A stretch of 62,740 nucleotides of DNA, counting the filler, from Chiloscyllium plagiosum (taxonomy: Eukaryota): the NCBI RefSeq assembly GCF_004010195.1. It is 3 parts of one record of this genome, joined end to end, with 100 filler letters (N's around TTAATTAATTAA, not from the genome) between each part and the next. Parts side by side here need not be neighbours in the genome. Positions count along the whole stretch, not along the records: positions 1 to 19,260 come from NC_057717.1; positions 19,361 to 51,219 come from NC_057717.1; 1 more part is not named here. The stretch is one strand, 5' to 3'. This document shows, piece by piece, positions 11,274 through 23,203 of the stretch (position 1 is its first letter; every line of letters begins with the position of its first letter). Under the pieces are notes generated by a model, which was given only the letters and a program-made list of their open reading frames with translations, was not told the DNA's origin and did not search any database. A program made the translations under genes and the position numbers.

Positions 11274-12229
11274 GGGGGTCAGGATGACGGTGATGTACTG
11301 AGCGTGAGGGGGTCAGGGAGACGGTGATGGACTGAGTGTGATGGGGTCAGTGTGAAAGTGATGGAATTAATGTATGTAACGGGGAGAGTGAGAGAGTGTG
11401 TGGAGCAGATGGGGAGAGTGTGCATCAGTGTATATAATGGGGAGAGTGAGAGTATGTGCTTGTCCAGGTAAAAACATAGACAGATCCAGCAAATCCCTTT
11501 CCCCACACACACTTACTCTGTGGTTTCAGAACTTCCCCTCTCTGCGGCCTCTGCTCCATTTGTTGTTCATGTTACAGACCTAGAAGCTGTAACTACAGTC
11601 CCCATTCTCCATCCAGATTTGGATAAGCAAATCCTCTGGTCTCCATGAATGTCTGAGGCAGCTCACAGCACAACCTCCAGCAAACCATCCCCAGGCCCTC
11701 CACTAACTTTTCAATAATAGGAGTCAGACAGAAACCCCTCAGCTACAAGTTAGATGCCTGTTCCTTTACAATTATACTCCAGGATTTTCCTCGTGTTACT
11801 GACCGCACATCAACTGAGAGAGACAGACCCATACCAAGTTTCAAACGTGAGAGTCAAAGCTCCTGGAACACCTGTCCATGGAGAACCACATGGGACACAT
11901 CGGGAAGTGAACAACAGCCTGACACACACCATTTCACTGTTTCTGAGATTCACAATGCCAGCACTTGATGCACAAGGGATTCAAAACCAAAGGCCAGGGA
12001 AAGATACAGAAAAAAAAACAGATAATTTATTAATTGATAACTTGCTGAAAATATGGATAAGGAGATGGGGGGATCCGAATAACGGGATAGGAGAGACAAT
12101 GGTGGGTGCAATGCGAAGAAAGCAAACATTGAATGGAGACATTGCCAAATCGGCTAGAATGGTCCATTGCCTCAAATTCTGAACTGGGGTAAGGTAATGG
12201 CTAAGATGGAGAGTTGTGCAGGCCGTGCT

Positions 12230-13770
12230 CGTGGATTACTCCATAAACTGGACTGTCTGCACAGCAGGGGGAGCATTGCAACCTTTGCCAGGATATTGCA
12301 AACCTCTACCACCACCCTCTGTCTCCGACCTTTGAGCCAGTTTTGTAATCAAATGGCTTTCATATGAACCAAACTTGTTAAACAGATGACCATGTACAAT
12401 GATATTCAAAGCCTTACTGAAGTCCATATCGACAATGTACACCACTCTATCTCAATTAATCTTCCTAGTAGCTTCTTTAAAGAAATCTCAGTCAAGTCAG
12501 TGAGACACAATATTGTTTGCACAAAGTCATGTTGACTATCCCTAATCAGTCGTTACCTTTCAAAATGCTTGAAAATCATATGCCTCATAATCCCTTCCAA
12601 CAACTTACCTACCAATAACGTCAGGCTCACTGGCTTTTCCTTATTACCCTTAATAAATCCTTTCAGTAGTGGCACCACGTTAGCCAACCTCCAGTCTTCC
12701 GGCACTTTACCTGTGGCTATTGATGATAGCAAGGCGCCCAGCAATCACTTCCCTAGCTTCCCACAGAGTTCTAGCATGCATCCAATAAAATCCAGGACAT
12801 TTTCCTTCCTTTGCATGTTTGAAGACCTCCAGCAGCTCCTCTGTAATGCAGACACTTTCCAAGATGTCACTACTTATTTCCCAAGTTCTCTCGCTTCCAT
12901 ATCCTCCTGCATAGTAAATACCGAAACAAAATATTCGTTCAGTACCTCCCCCATTTCCTGTGGTTCTGCACATGGGCAGCCTTGCTGATCTTTAAGGATG
13001 TCCTATTCTCTCCACAGTTACTCTTTTGTCCTTGACGTATTTGGAGAATTCCTTTGGATTCTCCTTAACTGTATTTGCCAAAGCTATCACATGTCCCCTT
13101 TTTATGCTCCCAATTTCCCTCTTAACTATACTCTTGTTGCTTTCAGACTCTTCTAGTGATTCACGTTAAATCAAGAATTAAGAGGCTAATGATGACCATT
13201 CCGATTGTCGGAAAGATCCATCAGGCTCACTGACACCCTTTAAGGAAACAAACTGCCATCCTTAGCTGGTCTGGCCTACTAGTGACTCCAGACCCAGAAC
13301 AATGTGGTTGACTGTTGACTGCCTTCTGGGCAATTAGGGATGGGTAATAGATGCTTGCCTAATCAGGGACGCCTTCATCCCGTGAATGAATTAAGGAAAA
13401 AAACCCCTCAATTCCTGCTGTATATACCTGACACACGCTTCCCTTTTATCCATAACCAGAACCTCAACTTCTCCAATCCCACAGAATTCCTTACACGTAC
13501 CAGCGTTACACTTCACCCTAACAGGGACATAATGTCTCTGTCCTCCTGAAATCTCAATTTTTAAGGCTTCCCACTTCTCAACTGATCCCCTTCTCTGCGA
13601 ATATCTGTCCCAATCGACTTTGGAAAATTCTTGATTCATATCATCAAAATTGGCTTTTCAACAATTTATTACATTAAGTTTTAGACATGGTTCATGCTTT
13701 TCCATCTCTAATGGAATAATAATGACTTGCCATAAAGTGCTCCCCCACTGATAACTCAACCGCCCACTCC
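12230..13770 (-). mobile_element. CR1 ORF2 fragment containing a SINE 3'-half insertion (~13170-13403, + strand)
   Basis: ATGKVPEDWRLANVVPL...PVSLTLLVGKLLEGI and DMDFSKA. The insert ends gggcaattagggatgggtaatagatgc...catcccgtgaatgaattaaggaaaaaaa. Confidence 0.88.
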
Positions 13771-14207
13771 CCACTGCCTTATCTCCAAAGGGTAGGGTGA
13801 CTTTTATCTCCTTCCCTGTGATGGAGAGCATTGGTCAAGCAGCTGCAGCGTTGTAACTGGGAATGCGGTGAGCAGAGTCTTCAACTCATTGGGTTGAATC
13901 TAACAATAATTTGTTTCAGTGGCATTTTCATTGAGCGAGACAGAGGGATTGTCTGTACGAGGCTGAGCTAGTTTCCTGGTGCGATCTTATGGAACTCACC
14001 TCATTAACTACCCACACCACCCCATGGCGTCCCTCTCATTCAATACCAGCCTGATTCTCCCACCCATCATTGCTGGAGGTACTCACCCACGCACAGATGC
14101 CCCTGGATATTTCATGATCCCCGACACTGGCACAATCTTTAAAAGGCCAATGGGCACACGGTTGAGATTTCTCTGTTCGGAGATGACCTGCACAGTTTAC
14201 CCCGAGC

Positions 14208-14432
14208 ATGGCAGATAAGGGGCAACTAAACCACAGTTTGTTGACAGGAGCACGGAGGTCCTGGTGGATGGGCTAGTACAGAGGGGGACCATTCTCTTCC
14301 CAGAGGGGGCCACACCACCAGACCCATCGAGCATGGTCTGAGCCCACCACCCACCTCAGTGCAGTATCTGCGGTCTGAGGAAATGTCCAGCAATACAGGA
14401 CAAGCATCAATAACCTTCCCCGCTCCATCAGG
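14208..14432 (+). pseudogene. Decayed Myb/SANT-like exon (Myb_DNA-bind_5 type), probably from a PIF/Harbinger transposon
   Basis: MADKGQL/PQFVDRSTEVLVDGLVQRGTILFPEG/PHHQTHRAWSEPTTHLSAVSAV*GNVQQYRTSINNLPRSIR. Two frameshifts, one stop, splice donor mutated (AGG/ataag). Confidence 0.65.
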
Positions 14433-14890
14433 ATAAGCCTCACCTTAATCTCTCTGCTCCCTCACATTCACTGTATATCTGTTCTAGCACCGACACACGA
14501 ACAAGGCTCATGCTCCACCCCTCTCACTGCTGCAAGCATCACCTTCCTTCTCTCTCTCTTTCCCTTCCACTATATCTCTCTCTTTAATAACACTGTTTAT
14601 TTACAACACTATGGACTGACTCCCTCTGGACACATCACCATCTCCACCCCCCCACACCCACACCAGCACGAAAAGCAGGTACCCCCACTCCCACCTCCAC
14701 TCCCTCCCTCCATTTCTCGCATTCCAAGAGAAACAGCCTGGTATAGGACGGAAAGGGACAAGTCGGGTGGTGGAGTGCCCGATATCCATCTCCCCACCAC
14801 CACCCGTACCTGTGTGTCTGTATTTGACTCTGTGAGTATCTATATATAAGTGCAGGTCTGGCTGTCTCTGTAGTGCTGAAAATGAAACAA

Positions 14891-14924
14891 TCTCTCCCTC
14901 AGCTGGCCTCCCCACCCTACTGCA
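14891..14924 (-). promoter_or_regulatory. Degenerate CTCF-like module
   Basis: Minus strand TGCAGT-N10-GGCCAGCTGAGGGAGAGA; mirror copy at 26958-26991. Confidence 0.3.
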
Positions 14925-15359
14925 GTGACAGCGGCAGAGAGTGACAACTCTTGAGGAGTGAGAGAGCTCATAGCACGATCCAAACTGACAGCACGATGAA
15001 TACACACACACACGCACAGCCTCGCACACACAATGCTAGCAGATGGAAAGTTGAAAATATATTTGGGCCTGTCAGAGTGGGAATGTTCACCTCTGAGTGA
15101 TCCATTTTGTCAGGAGATGACATGAATTGGTTTCTCATTCTGTGACTTGCACTGTTTAAAACTTATGAGAGAAAGTATTGAAAAGTCCTGAAAAAGGCCC
15201 AGTAGTGTTGCTAATGACGCAGGAACAACATTGCTCAGTATCGGATAAAACAGCTCTGTTTCCAAAGATATTATTGGAAAAATCAAACGAACGTGCAATT
15301 TGAGAGATTCACAGTAAAGGATTTGTTATCTTCGGAGAGAGTAAAAACTCTGGCATTGA

Positions 15360-15393
15360 TGCAGTGGTGTGGGGAGGCCAGCAGAGGGTAGTA
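15360..15393 (+). promoter_or_regulatory. Candidate CTCF site with upstream motif
   Basis: TGCAGT-N10-GGCCAGCAGAGGGTAGTA: close to the CTCF core plus the TGCAG upstream motif. Confidence 0.5.
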
Positions 15394-15429
15394 TTAAATG
15401 AGTCTAATCACAAAACTCAGAGGGGAGTA

Positions 15430-15750
15430 CTGCTCCCTCACAGCACCAGGGACCAGGGCTCGATTCCATCCTCGGGCGATTGTCTGTGTGGAGTTTCACA
15501 ATCTACCCGTGTCTGCGAGGGTTTCCACCGGTCTCTCCTGTTTCCACCCACTGTCCAAAGGTGCGATGTTAGGTGAATTGGCCATGCTAAATTGTCCATA
15601 GTGCCCAGGGATGTGTAGGATGGGGCATTCGTCATGAGTAAACGTAGGACAGTATTTGAAAGAGTCTGGGTAGGTTACTCTTCGAAGGGTTAGTGTGGAT
15701 GTGTTGGGTCGAAGGGCCTGTTTCCACACTTTAGGAATTCTATGAACTCT
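15430..15750 (+). mobile_element. HE1 SINE, 5'-truncated (mirror at 26098-26422)
   Basis: ctcacagcaccagggaccagggctcgattcc...aggtgaattggccatgctaaatt...gaagggcctgtttccacact. Confidence 0.88.
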
Positions 15751-16009
15751 GCGAACAACAGGGACAGACAGAGAGAGAGGAGGAGGGAGACTTGGATTCC
15801 AATTTCAATATATTTACTTCATAAGCAACTTTGCACAGAGATGCAGACACAGATACACACAAACCGAGATACTGACACTAACATACATATGCACGCAGAG
15901 ATACACACACAGATATGGACGTTTACACACAAACACACGAACATAACCCCACATATAGGCACACAAGGTCTTTAATACAGAGATATATACGTTTTTATTA
16001 ATATGGTAT

Positions 16010-17760
16010 CAATGGTCGGTTGGAGAAGGCAGGAAAATGGGGTTGAGACATATTGTAGCCCCGATCAAATGTCATGGTAGACAAAATGGGCTGAATGGCC
16101 TAATTCTGCTCCAGGGTTCATTGCTCAAATGATCCTGTGGTGACTGGAATTGTCTTTCTACGACGTCAGTAGAGGCTGAATTTGGTAAGCATTTGATTTA
16201 GGAGCGTTAATGAGAATGTAGACAGGCTTGAGGGGCTGAATAGTCGATATATGTTCGTAATTGTCGACTCCTTATATATCAAAAGAGTGGTGATTTGTTT
16301 GAGGGGAACACATTTTAAGAATAAAGATCTTCCCATTTCTGACTGAGACAGGGATGTTCCTTTCGCTTTAGGGTTGAATGTTCTGTGGTGTTCTCATGCC
16401 GAAGTAGCAAGGTTCCGTTCCATAGATCTTTGATGAACAAGATAATCCATATTTATTAGGAACTGACAGGAAGAACGATGTTCAGTTACAATCACATCAA
16501 CAATGCACATTCTGAATGGTGCAGCAGGCGCGAGGGGCTGAATGGCCAGCTGCTGCCCCTAACCGATATGTTGTTCTCTCAACCACTCAATAATGTTACA
16601 TAGGTAAAGGAAGATCCCATTTAGCCAGTCAACATCGTTATAATGAGACAGACGCAGACCATTCTGCCCTCTAACGATTTACACAGGAATAGATTGAAGT
16701 CATTCAGCCCGCTAAATACATTACACAGTGTAGGATGAGGCTATCCTAACTTTCTAGCTTGCTGCCCAGCAACAAGGGAAACCTGGTAAACTATCAAGGA
16801 ATAAACATTCAGGATAAATGTTTATATTCAGGTTGTAAAGTTGTAACTTGGTGGAATACCTCAGTGATCAGTGTGACATTATCAACAATTTACAATCTGT
16901 ACCAATGACTTGGATGAGGTGACTAATTGGATTGGAGCTCAATTACTTCATTTACCAAGATAGTCATTTCACAGCATATGGAGACTCTGCAATGGGATAC
17001 CGACAGGGGAAGTTAGTGTGCAAACTTTGGCAGAAAACAGTATAACAAGATCGAAGGGAAGTCAGTGCTCAGAACAGATAAAATAACAGTAACCTACTTA
17101 AATGGAGAGAACATCGCAGAACGCATTGGTACAGAGGGATGTGTGTGTCCCGGTACATGAGCCATATAAACCTAGTCAGCAGATTCAGCAAGTGATTAGG
17201 GAAGTGTATTTAATGATGCTGTTTCATGCAAAGGCTATCGGGTATAATCATCGGGATGTTTTACTGTATCTGTACATGATGATACTGAGACTACATCGAA
17301 TGTATTGTAAGTAGTAATGAACCCTGAAATTGAAAGAAAAAAATAAGCAATTATTGTAGAAGCTTTTCACAGATGCTTCACTTTACTCCCTGCTAGAATG
17401 AAGGCCGGATAGAATCATAGTGTCATACAGCACGGAAACAGACCCTTCAGTCCAGCTCATTTGCACTGACCAGATATTCCAATCTGATATAAAACCAATT
17501 GCCAACATGAGACCCATAACTCACTAAACCTTTCTTATTCATATACCCATGCATCGCTTCTTAAATGTTGTAATTGTACCAGCCTCCACCACTTTCACTG
17601 CCAGCTCGTCCCATACACGCACTACCCTCTGTGTGATAAAATTACCACTCAGGTATCTTTTTAATTTTCCCCTCTCACTTTAAATCTTTGCCCTCTGTTT
17701 TGGACTCCTCCAGCCTTGGAATATAACCTTGGCTGATCCCGCACCCATGCCCCTCATGGC
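16010..17760. mobile_element. Cluster of old CR1 3'-end and RT fragments in both orientations
   Basis: Repeated gggctgaatggcc tails (~16090, 16232, 16533); + strand RT piece ~16845-17400; minus-strand 3' end ~17410-17760. Confidence 0.7.
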
Positions 17761-19127
17761 CTCTACAAGGTCAGTGTACTTCAGGCCTGAGAATGAGAGC
17801 TGATCATATTGAATCAAATAAGACCACGAGGAGAGTGCATTGGGCGTAGCTGAGGGATGAGAGAATAACACTGAAGATTCCAGTTTAGAAAACAACACAA
17901 TCATTTTAAAACAGGTACTATGAAGACATGAATTTATTGTACAAAAATTATGCAGACACAAATAAATATACCTTCAAATTATAAACTACAAATTATTCCT
18001 AAATATAGCAGGTAACGGGGATGGAGTCATTCAATCAGGAGAATGTTCAACCAGACCTTACCTAGTCGAGTCACATTATTGCATGTTTCCGATCAGTGAG
18101 AGAGCAAATGCAACCCGTCGTAGAAGCAACGGCCATTTCTCCGTCTCTACTTGCACTTCTCTACCGCAACATATGAGAGCTGAAAACCAACCAGCCATCT
18201 TTAGCACTCTTTGAGGGTTCCTGTTGAGGATTCATTGCAATCTCTCCACTGCCTACAGCAAAGGGAATTCAGCCAAATCCAACTGTTCCAGGAGAAACCC
18301 CAGTGCTAGCAGCTTCTGTGAGGCAGAATCACTTCAGAGGCAGAATAACAATTCAAACATTTTCAATGTTGATTTTGTCATGAAATTAAATGTTATTTGG
18401 ACAAAGCCCTTTCGAATTAATATTCTGCAGAGTTTCATTTTTTTCTGTTTGCCTTTAGACGTGTGTGTGTGTGCGTGTGTCTTTGTGTGCATATTTCTGT
18501 GTCTCAGATTTATAGAAAAATAAATGTTGATGTACATATTGTCAATGTTCAAACTCTATATCATTTATGTATCCATCGTATTTCGAGTAACTGTGCTTTT
18601 GTTTTAGATTGTTTACAAATTTAATAAACCTGTCTGACTTGTTCCTTACACTGCACCTGACCCAGTCTGAGACGGATATCATTTACCATATCACAAACTT
18701 AGTTACAATGATAATTTGTCGTGACGTCTGGAGGAGTGGGACTAGAAAAAGAAGCAATGACTCTCTAACCTCGGTAGGAGCAGGGATAAGGAGAAATTCT
18801 CAAAAGGCCATTTGATTGGGAATTGCTCCTCCCCATAGGTTTGTGGCACCTGTGTGTTTGCATTTATTCAAAAGTGTGTTAGTTAAATATTTGACGGGAA
18901 AGTGACTGAAGGATAATGAACTGCAGACAGGACCGAGGGGCTGTGACCACAATCTGATCAGCCACAACCTTAGTGTCTGGTGGGGCAGGGACCCACTCCT
19001 GTTCCTCAGTCCTACTTTTCCCCATTTCATTCAGCCCCTCAATCCGCTACTCAGGAGCAGTTGGAGACCAGTTACTCCTACTACATGGTGCACAGAAACA
19101 GAGGTGACCATTCAGCCCCTGAATACA

Positions 19128-19771
19128 CCTCTGGGGATCTCCCATCCACCCCCTCCAACCTCATAGTCCCACAACCCCGCACCGCCCGCTTCTACCTCCT
19201 GCCCAAAATCCACAAACCTGACTGCCCCGGCCGACCCATTGTCTCCGCCTGCTCCTGCCCNNNNNNNNNNNNNNNNNNNNNNNNNNNNNNNNNNNNNNNN
19301 NNNNTTAATTAATTAANNNNNNNNNNNNNNNNNNNNNNNNNNNNNNNNNNNNNNNNNNNNGAAATGTGATAGGTGGAAAGAGGTCAAGGTGAGGGTGATA
19401 GGTCAGACTGGGGTGGGGGGATGACCTGGGGTGTGCAGTGAGAGAGGGACTCACTGAAATCTTTGTAGAGGGAGGAAGAGAGCTTCTTCAAGGAAAGCAT
19501 CCTTGTAAGAGGATTCGCAGTAGGTTGAAATCTCTGAGGAGAAAGTGAGGTCTGGTGATAGGTCACCCCAGTCTGACCTATCACCCTCACCTTGACCTCT
19601 TTCCACCTATCACATTTCTGACGCCCCACCCCCAAGTCCCTCCTCCCTACCTTTTATGTTAGCCTGCTGGACAAATTTTCCTCATTCCTGAAGAAGGGCT
19701 TATGCCCGAAACGTCTATTCTCCTATTCCCTGGATGCTGCCTGACCTGCTACGCTTTTCCAGCAACACATT
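19128..19771 (+). mobile_element. Penelope-like element insertion (RT fragment, inverted pLTR, pLTR) with 17-bp flanking duplication
   Basis: SGDLPSTPSNLIVPQPRTARFYLLPKIHKPDCPGRPIVSACSC is the PLE RT N-terminal motif. 19361-19415 is the reverse complement of 19564-19618. ttcagcccctgaataca at 19111-19127 and 19772-19788. Confidence 0.88.
19684..19720 (+). ncRNA. Minimal type I hammerhead ribozyme core in Penelope pLTR
   Basis: CTGAAGA-A-GGGC-TTAT-GCCC-GAAA-CG-TC: CUGANGA and GAAA boxes, 4-bp stem II, minimal stem III. Confidence 0.65.
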
Positions 19772-21819
19772 TTCAGCCCCTGAATACAGTCAAACATGAT
19801 TTGGTGTGGATTGGAAAACGTTCTTGGTAAAAAAAAAGTTGTTGTTACTGTGAAACAGTCCCCGCCTCTCTCTTTACAGAAGTTCCCCTGTCTCCATTTA
19901 TTTGTCATGCTGTTGACCCAGATTCACAGTGAATAATAACCCTATTCTCTACCCAGATATTGCTCACAAAATCATCTGGCCTCTTTGACTACAACATTCC
20001 TTCACAGGACAAGCAGTAAAATAACAACGATGATCTTTCCAAAAACAGAATTCAAGAACATGAGAACCAGAGTAGGCCATTCAGCCCTTACTGCCTGCCT
20101 TTCCCTTCAATAAGATCATGGCTGATCTGCTCTATGCCCCAACTCCTGGAGTGCCTGCCGTGTCAAACATCCATCCATCCCTGTCTTCACACTATCTCAA
20201 TGATCTATCTCCCCAACCTCTCTGGGATAGAGAAGTCACGATGGTTACACCCCTATGTGAGAAGGAAACACATACACTGTGACCTATTCACATGAACCAA
20301 ATATATAAAGACCAGGTGATAGTGGATGACCCTGACAACAAGGCAATGTTTAACTGAGGATGGTATCAAGGAACCTGAAGAAAATGGAACTTAATGGAAC
20401 TCAAGGGTAACCTCCCCACCGGTTGGAGTGATTCAGCACAAAGAAGATGTTTGTGGTTCTTCGACATGTCCCATCTCAGTCTCGGGACATCTCTGCGGGA
20501 GATCCACAGCACAAACATCCTCATTTATGACTTGGTGTCTTTCCCCCCCATCAGAATCTCAGAAGTGGTGATGTTGACTGAAAATCATGTAATGTTCAGA
20601 ACATTGTGCCCCCCCTCAGCTCCTGAAGCAGCCTGTGTCCATGTGCAAGAAGACCCGGACAGCATTCAGGCTGGTGCTGTTGAAGTGTCGGTAATATGCA
20701 TGTAACAGTCCTGCTGGATACTGTGGTCATTCAGACCTCACGCTCACTTCACAGGAATATGAGGAGGTCATTCCGCCCATCAGTGCTATTGGATAAGAAG
20801 AGGGATAGCCCATTCATTCTCTCCTGACTATTACACAGGAAGATAAGGAGCCCAGTCAAACACATTGAGCTGCTAAACAGGAACCACGGGTTGGTTGCAA
20901 AGTCAGGTTCTTGAGCGTCTTCCATGGCAATAGGAGGTGACAATTCAGCCGCTCAAACCCTTTGTACAGATATAGGAGGATGTTATCTACGAACAAACAT
21001 GACAAACCAATGAAACAGAGACTGCATGGATAGACTGCTCCATGCCGTTCCTCTTGGATCCATTGCTAATGGTACACAATGGATACATTAATATGGTTTG
21101 TTGACGGTGAGGAGGGAGGACATTTCCGATAAGGCAGACCGATATTCCTTATGGAGGTCAGAAGCTGTTGGGAACTGCTAACATTTTCAGGAGGTAAGCA
21201 TTGTAGCTGCTGACAGATTTGTGAATAATGTGACTTTCAGTGCAGGGTCACACACCAACTGCACATTGATGCAATGAGAGCTCATTCAGAGCCTGAAGCT
21301 CTCTCCAACCTGACATTGGAGCTTCACAGAGGTACATAAATTACCAAGAAGCACCTATCTTGGGGAAAATGTATTTCTTGTGCCATCAATGTCTATCTCT
21401 GAACATAATGTGTGTTCGTCCATAATCTTCAAGTTTCAATGCAGTTAACTCTTATTCCCTCACCGTGCGACAAATTAAACATCCATTTCCTTCACACTCT
21501 CTTCATTTTACCATCATCCCAGAGATTATTCTGAGAAAACAGCTTTGCACTGCCTCTGTGACAAGGAGACCGTTGATTTATAAAGGTCAGGAAGTCTGTC
21601 CACAATAGCCGAAATACTGCCTCAAAAACACTCCACAACTCCTACACATGATTCATTTTATAATGAAGGCTGACATTTCATTTCATGTCCTGGTTAATGG
21701 ATGCCCTGCAGGAATTCTGTTCGTGATTTGTGACCAAGGAATTTCCGGTCCTTTTTGGAAAAGCACTTCCCAACCTCTCACCTTCTAATAAATACAACAT
21801 GAAAAGGAATGTATAAGTC

Positions 21820-23203
21820 AACAAAAAAGAACAAAGGAAATTTACAACCCAGGAACAGGCCCTTCGGCCTCCAAGTCTGAGCCGATCCAAATGTACTGTT
21901 TGAACCTGTCGGTCAATTCCTAAGCATCTGTATCCCTCTGCTCTCCATCTACTACATCTGTCCACACGCATCTTAAACAAATCTACCGTGCCTGCTTCTA
22001 CCACCTCTGCTGGCAACGCGTTCCAAACGGCCACCACCCTCTGTGTGAAGTACTTGCCGCGTGTATCCCGCTTAATCTTTCCACCTCTCACCTTGAAAGC
22101 GTGACCTCTCGTTATTGAACCCTTCACCCTCGGAAAAAGCTTATCTCTATCCACCCTGTCGATACCCTTCACGATTTTGTACACCTCAATCAGGTACCCC
22201 CTCAATCTCCTTTTTATTAATGAATATAAACCTAACCTACTCAACCTTCCTTCATCATCGGCACCTTCCATCCTCGTAAATCTTCNNNNNNNNNNNNNNN
22301 NNNNNNNNNNNNNNNNNNNNNNNNNNNNNNNNNNNNNNNNNNNNNNNNNNNNNNNNNNNNNNNNNNNNNNNNNNNNNNNNNNNNNNNNNNNNNNNNNNNN
22401 NNNNNNNNNNNNNNNNNNNNNNNNNNNNNNNNNNNNNNNNNNNNNNNNNNNNNNNNNNNNNNNNNNNNNNNNNNNNNNNNNNNNNNNNNNNNNNNNNNNN
22501 NNNNNNNNNNNNNNNNNNNNNNNNNNNNNNNNNNNNNNNNNNNNNNNNNNNNNNNNNNNNNNNNNNNNNNNNNNNNNNNNNNNNNNNNNNNNNNNNNNNN
22601 NNNNNNNNNNNNNNNNNNNNNNNNNNNNNNNNNNNNNNNNNNNNNNNNNNNNNNNNNNNNNNNNNNNNNNNNNNNNNNNNNNNNNNNNNNNNNNNNNNNN
22701 NNNNNNNNNNNNNNNNNNNNNNNNNNNNNNNNNNNNNNNNNNNNNNNNNNNNNNNNNNNNNNNATCTAGCAAATTGCTCACTTCCTCAAAGGGCTCAATT
22801 AAGTTGGTAAAGCCCGATCTCCCCTGTACAAAACCATTTTGCCTATCACTGTAAACCCATTCTTTTCTAAATATAAGTAGATCCTATCCCTCAGTAACTT
22901 ATCCAGAAACTTTCCCACCACTGACGTCATGCACACTCGTCCTTGGTTACCCAGAATATTCCTACTACCCTTCTTGTACAGGGGGACAACATAAGCTACC
23001 CTCCAATCCTCCAGCACCTCACCTGTATTTAAGGATTCCACAAAGATATCTGTCAGGGTCCCAGCTATTTCCCCTCTTGCCTCCCTCTGCAACTTGGGAT
23101 AGATCCCATTCGGTCCTGGGGATTTGTCTACCTTAATAACCACTTTCCTACCCAACACATCTTCGCTACTTATGTCAGCATGATCAAGACTAATCAAGCT
23201 TCT
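21820..23203 (-). mobile_element. CR1 LINE RT and 3' end, spanning an assembly gap
   Basis: RLSRLGLYSLIKRRLRGYLIEVYKIVKGIDRV...FTQRVVAVWNALP and KVDKSPGPNGIYPK...GEVLEDWRVAYVVPLYKKG. Confidence 0.92.

Larger units (their letters stand above)
11274..18123. repeat. Younger inverted duplication, left arm (~6.85 kb; pairs with 23704-30600)
   Basis: Continuous reverse-complement match; the ORF track shows mirrored peptides (12167/29501, 12569/29053, 13340/28345, 15364/26279, 17102/24533). About 90% identity by eye. Confidence 0.95.

Noticed and set aside
18124..18780. Possible LTR remnant in the palindrome spacer
   Set aside because: It has an AATAAA and an LTR-like look, but no clear TG...CA termini or target duplication could be located.
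19305..19316. TTAATTAATTAA island within an N-run (also at 51264-51275)
   Set aside because: An identical six-frame-stop palindrome centred in two equal-sized gaps is a scaffolding spacer, not biology.
21026..21200. Possible first exon (MDRLL...NGTQWI with GAG/gtaagc donor)
   Set aside because: In-frame stops, no recognisable homology and no downstream partner exon on that strand.
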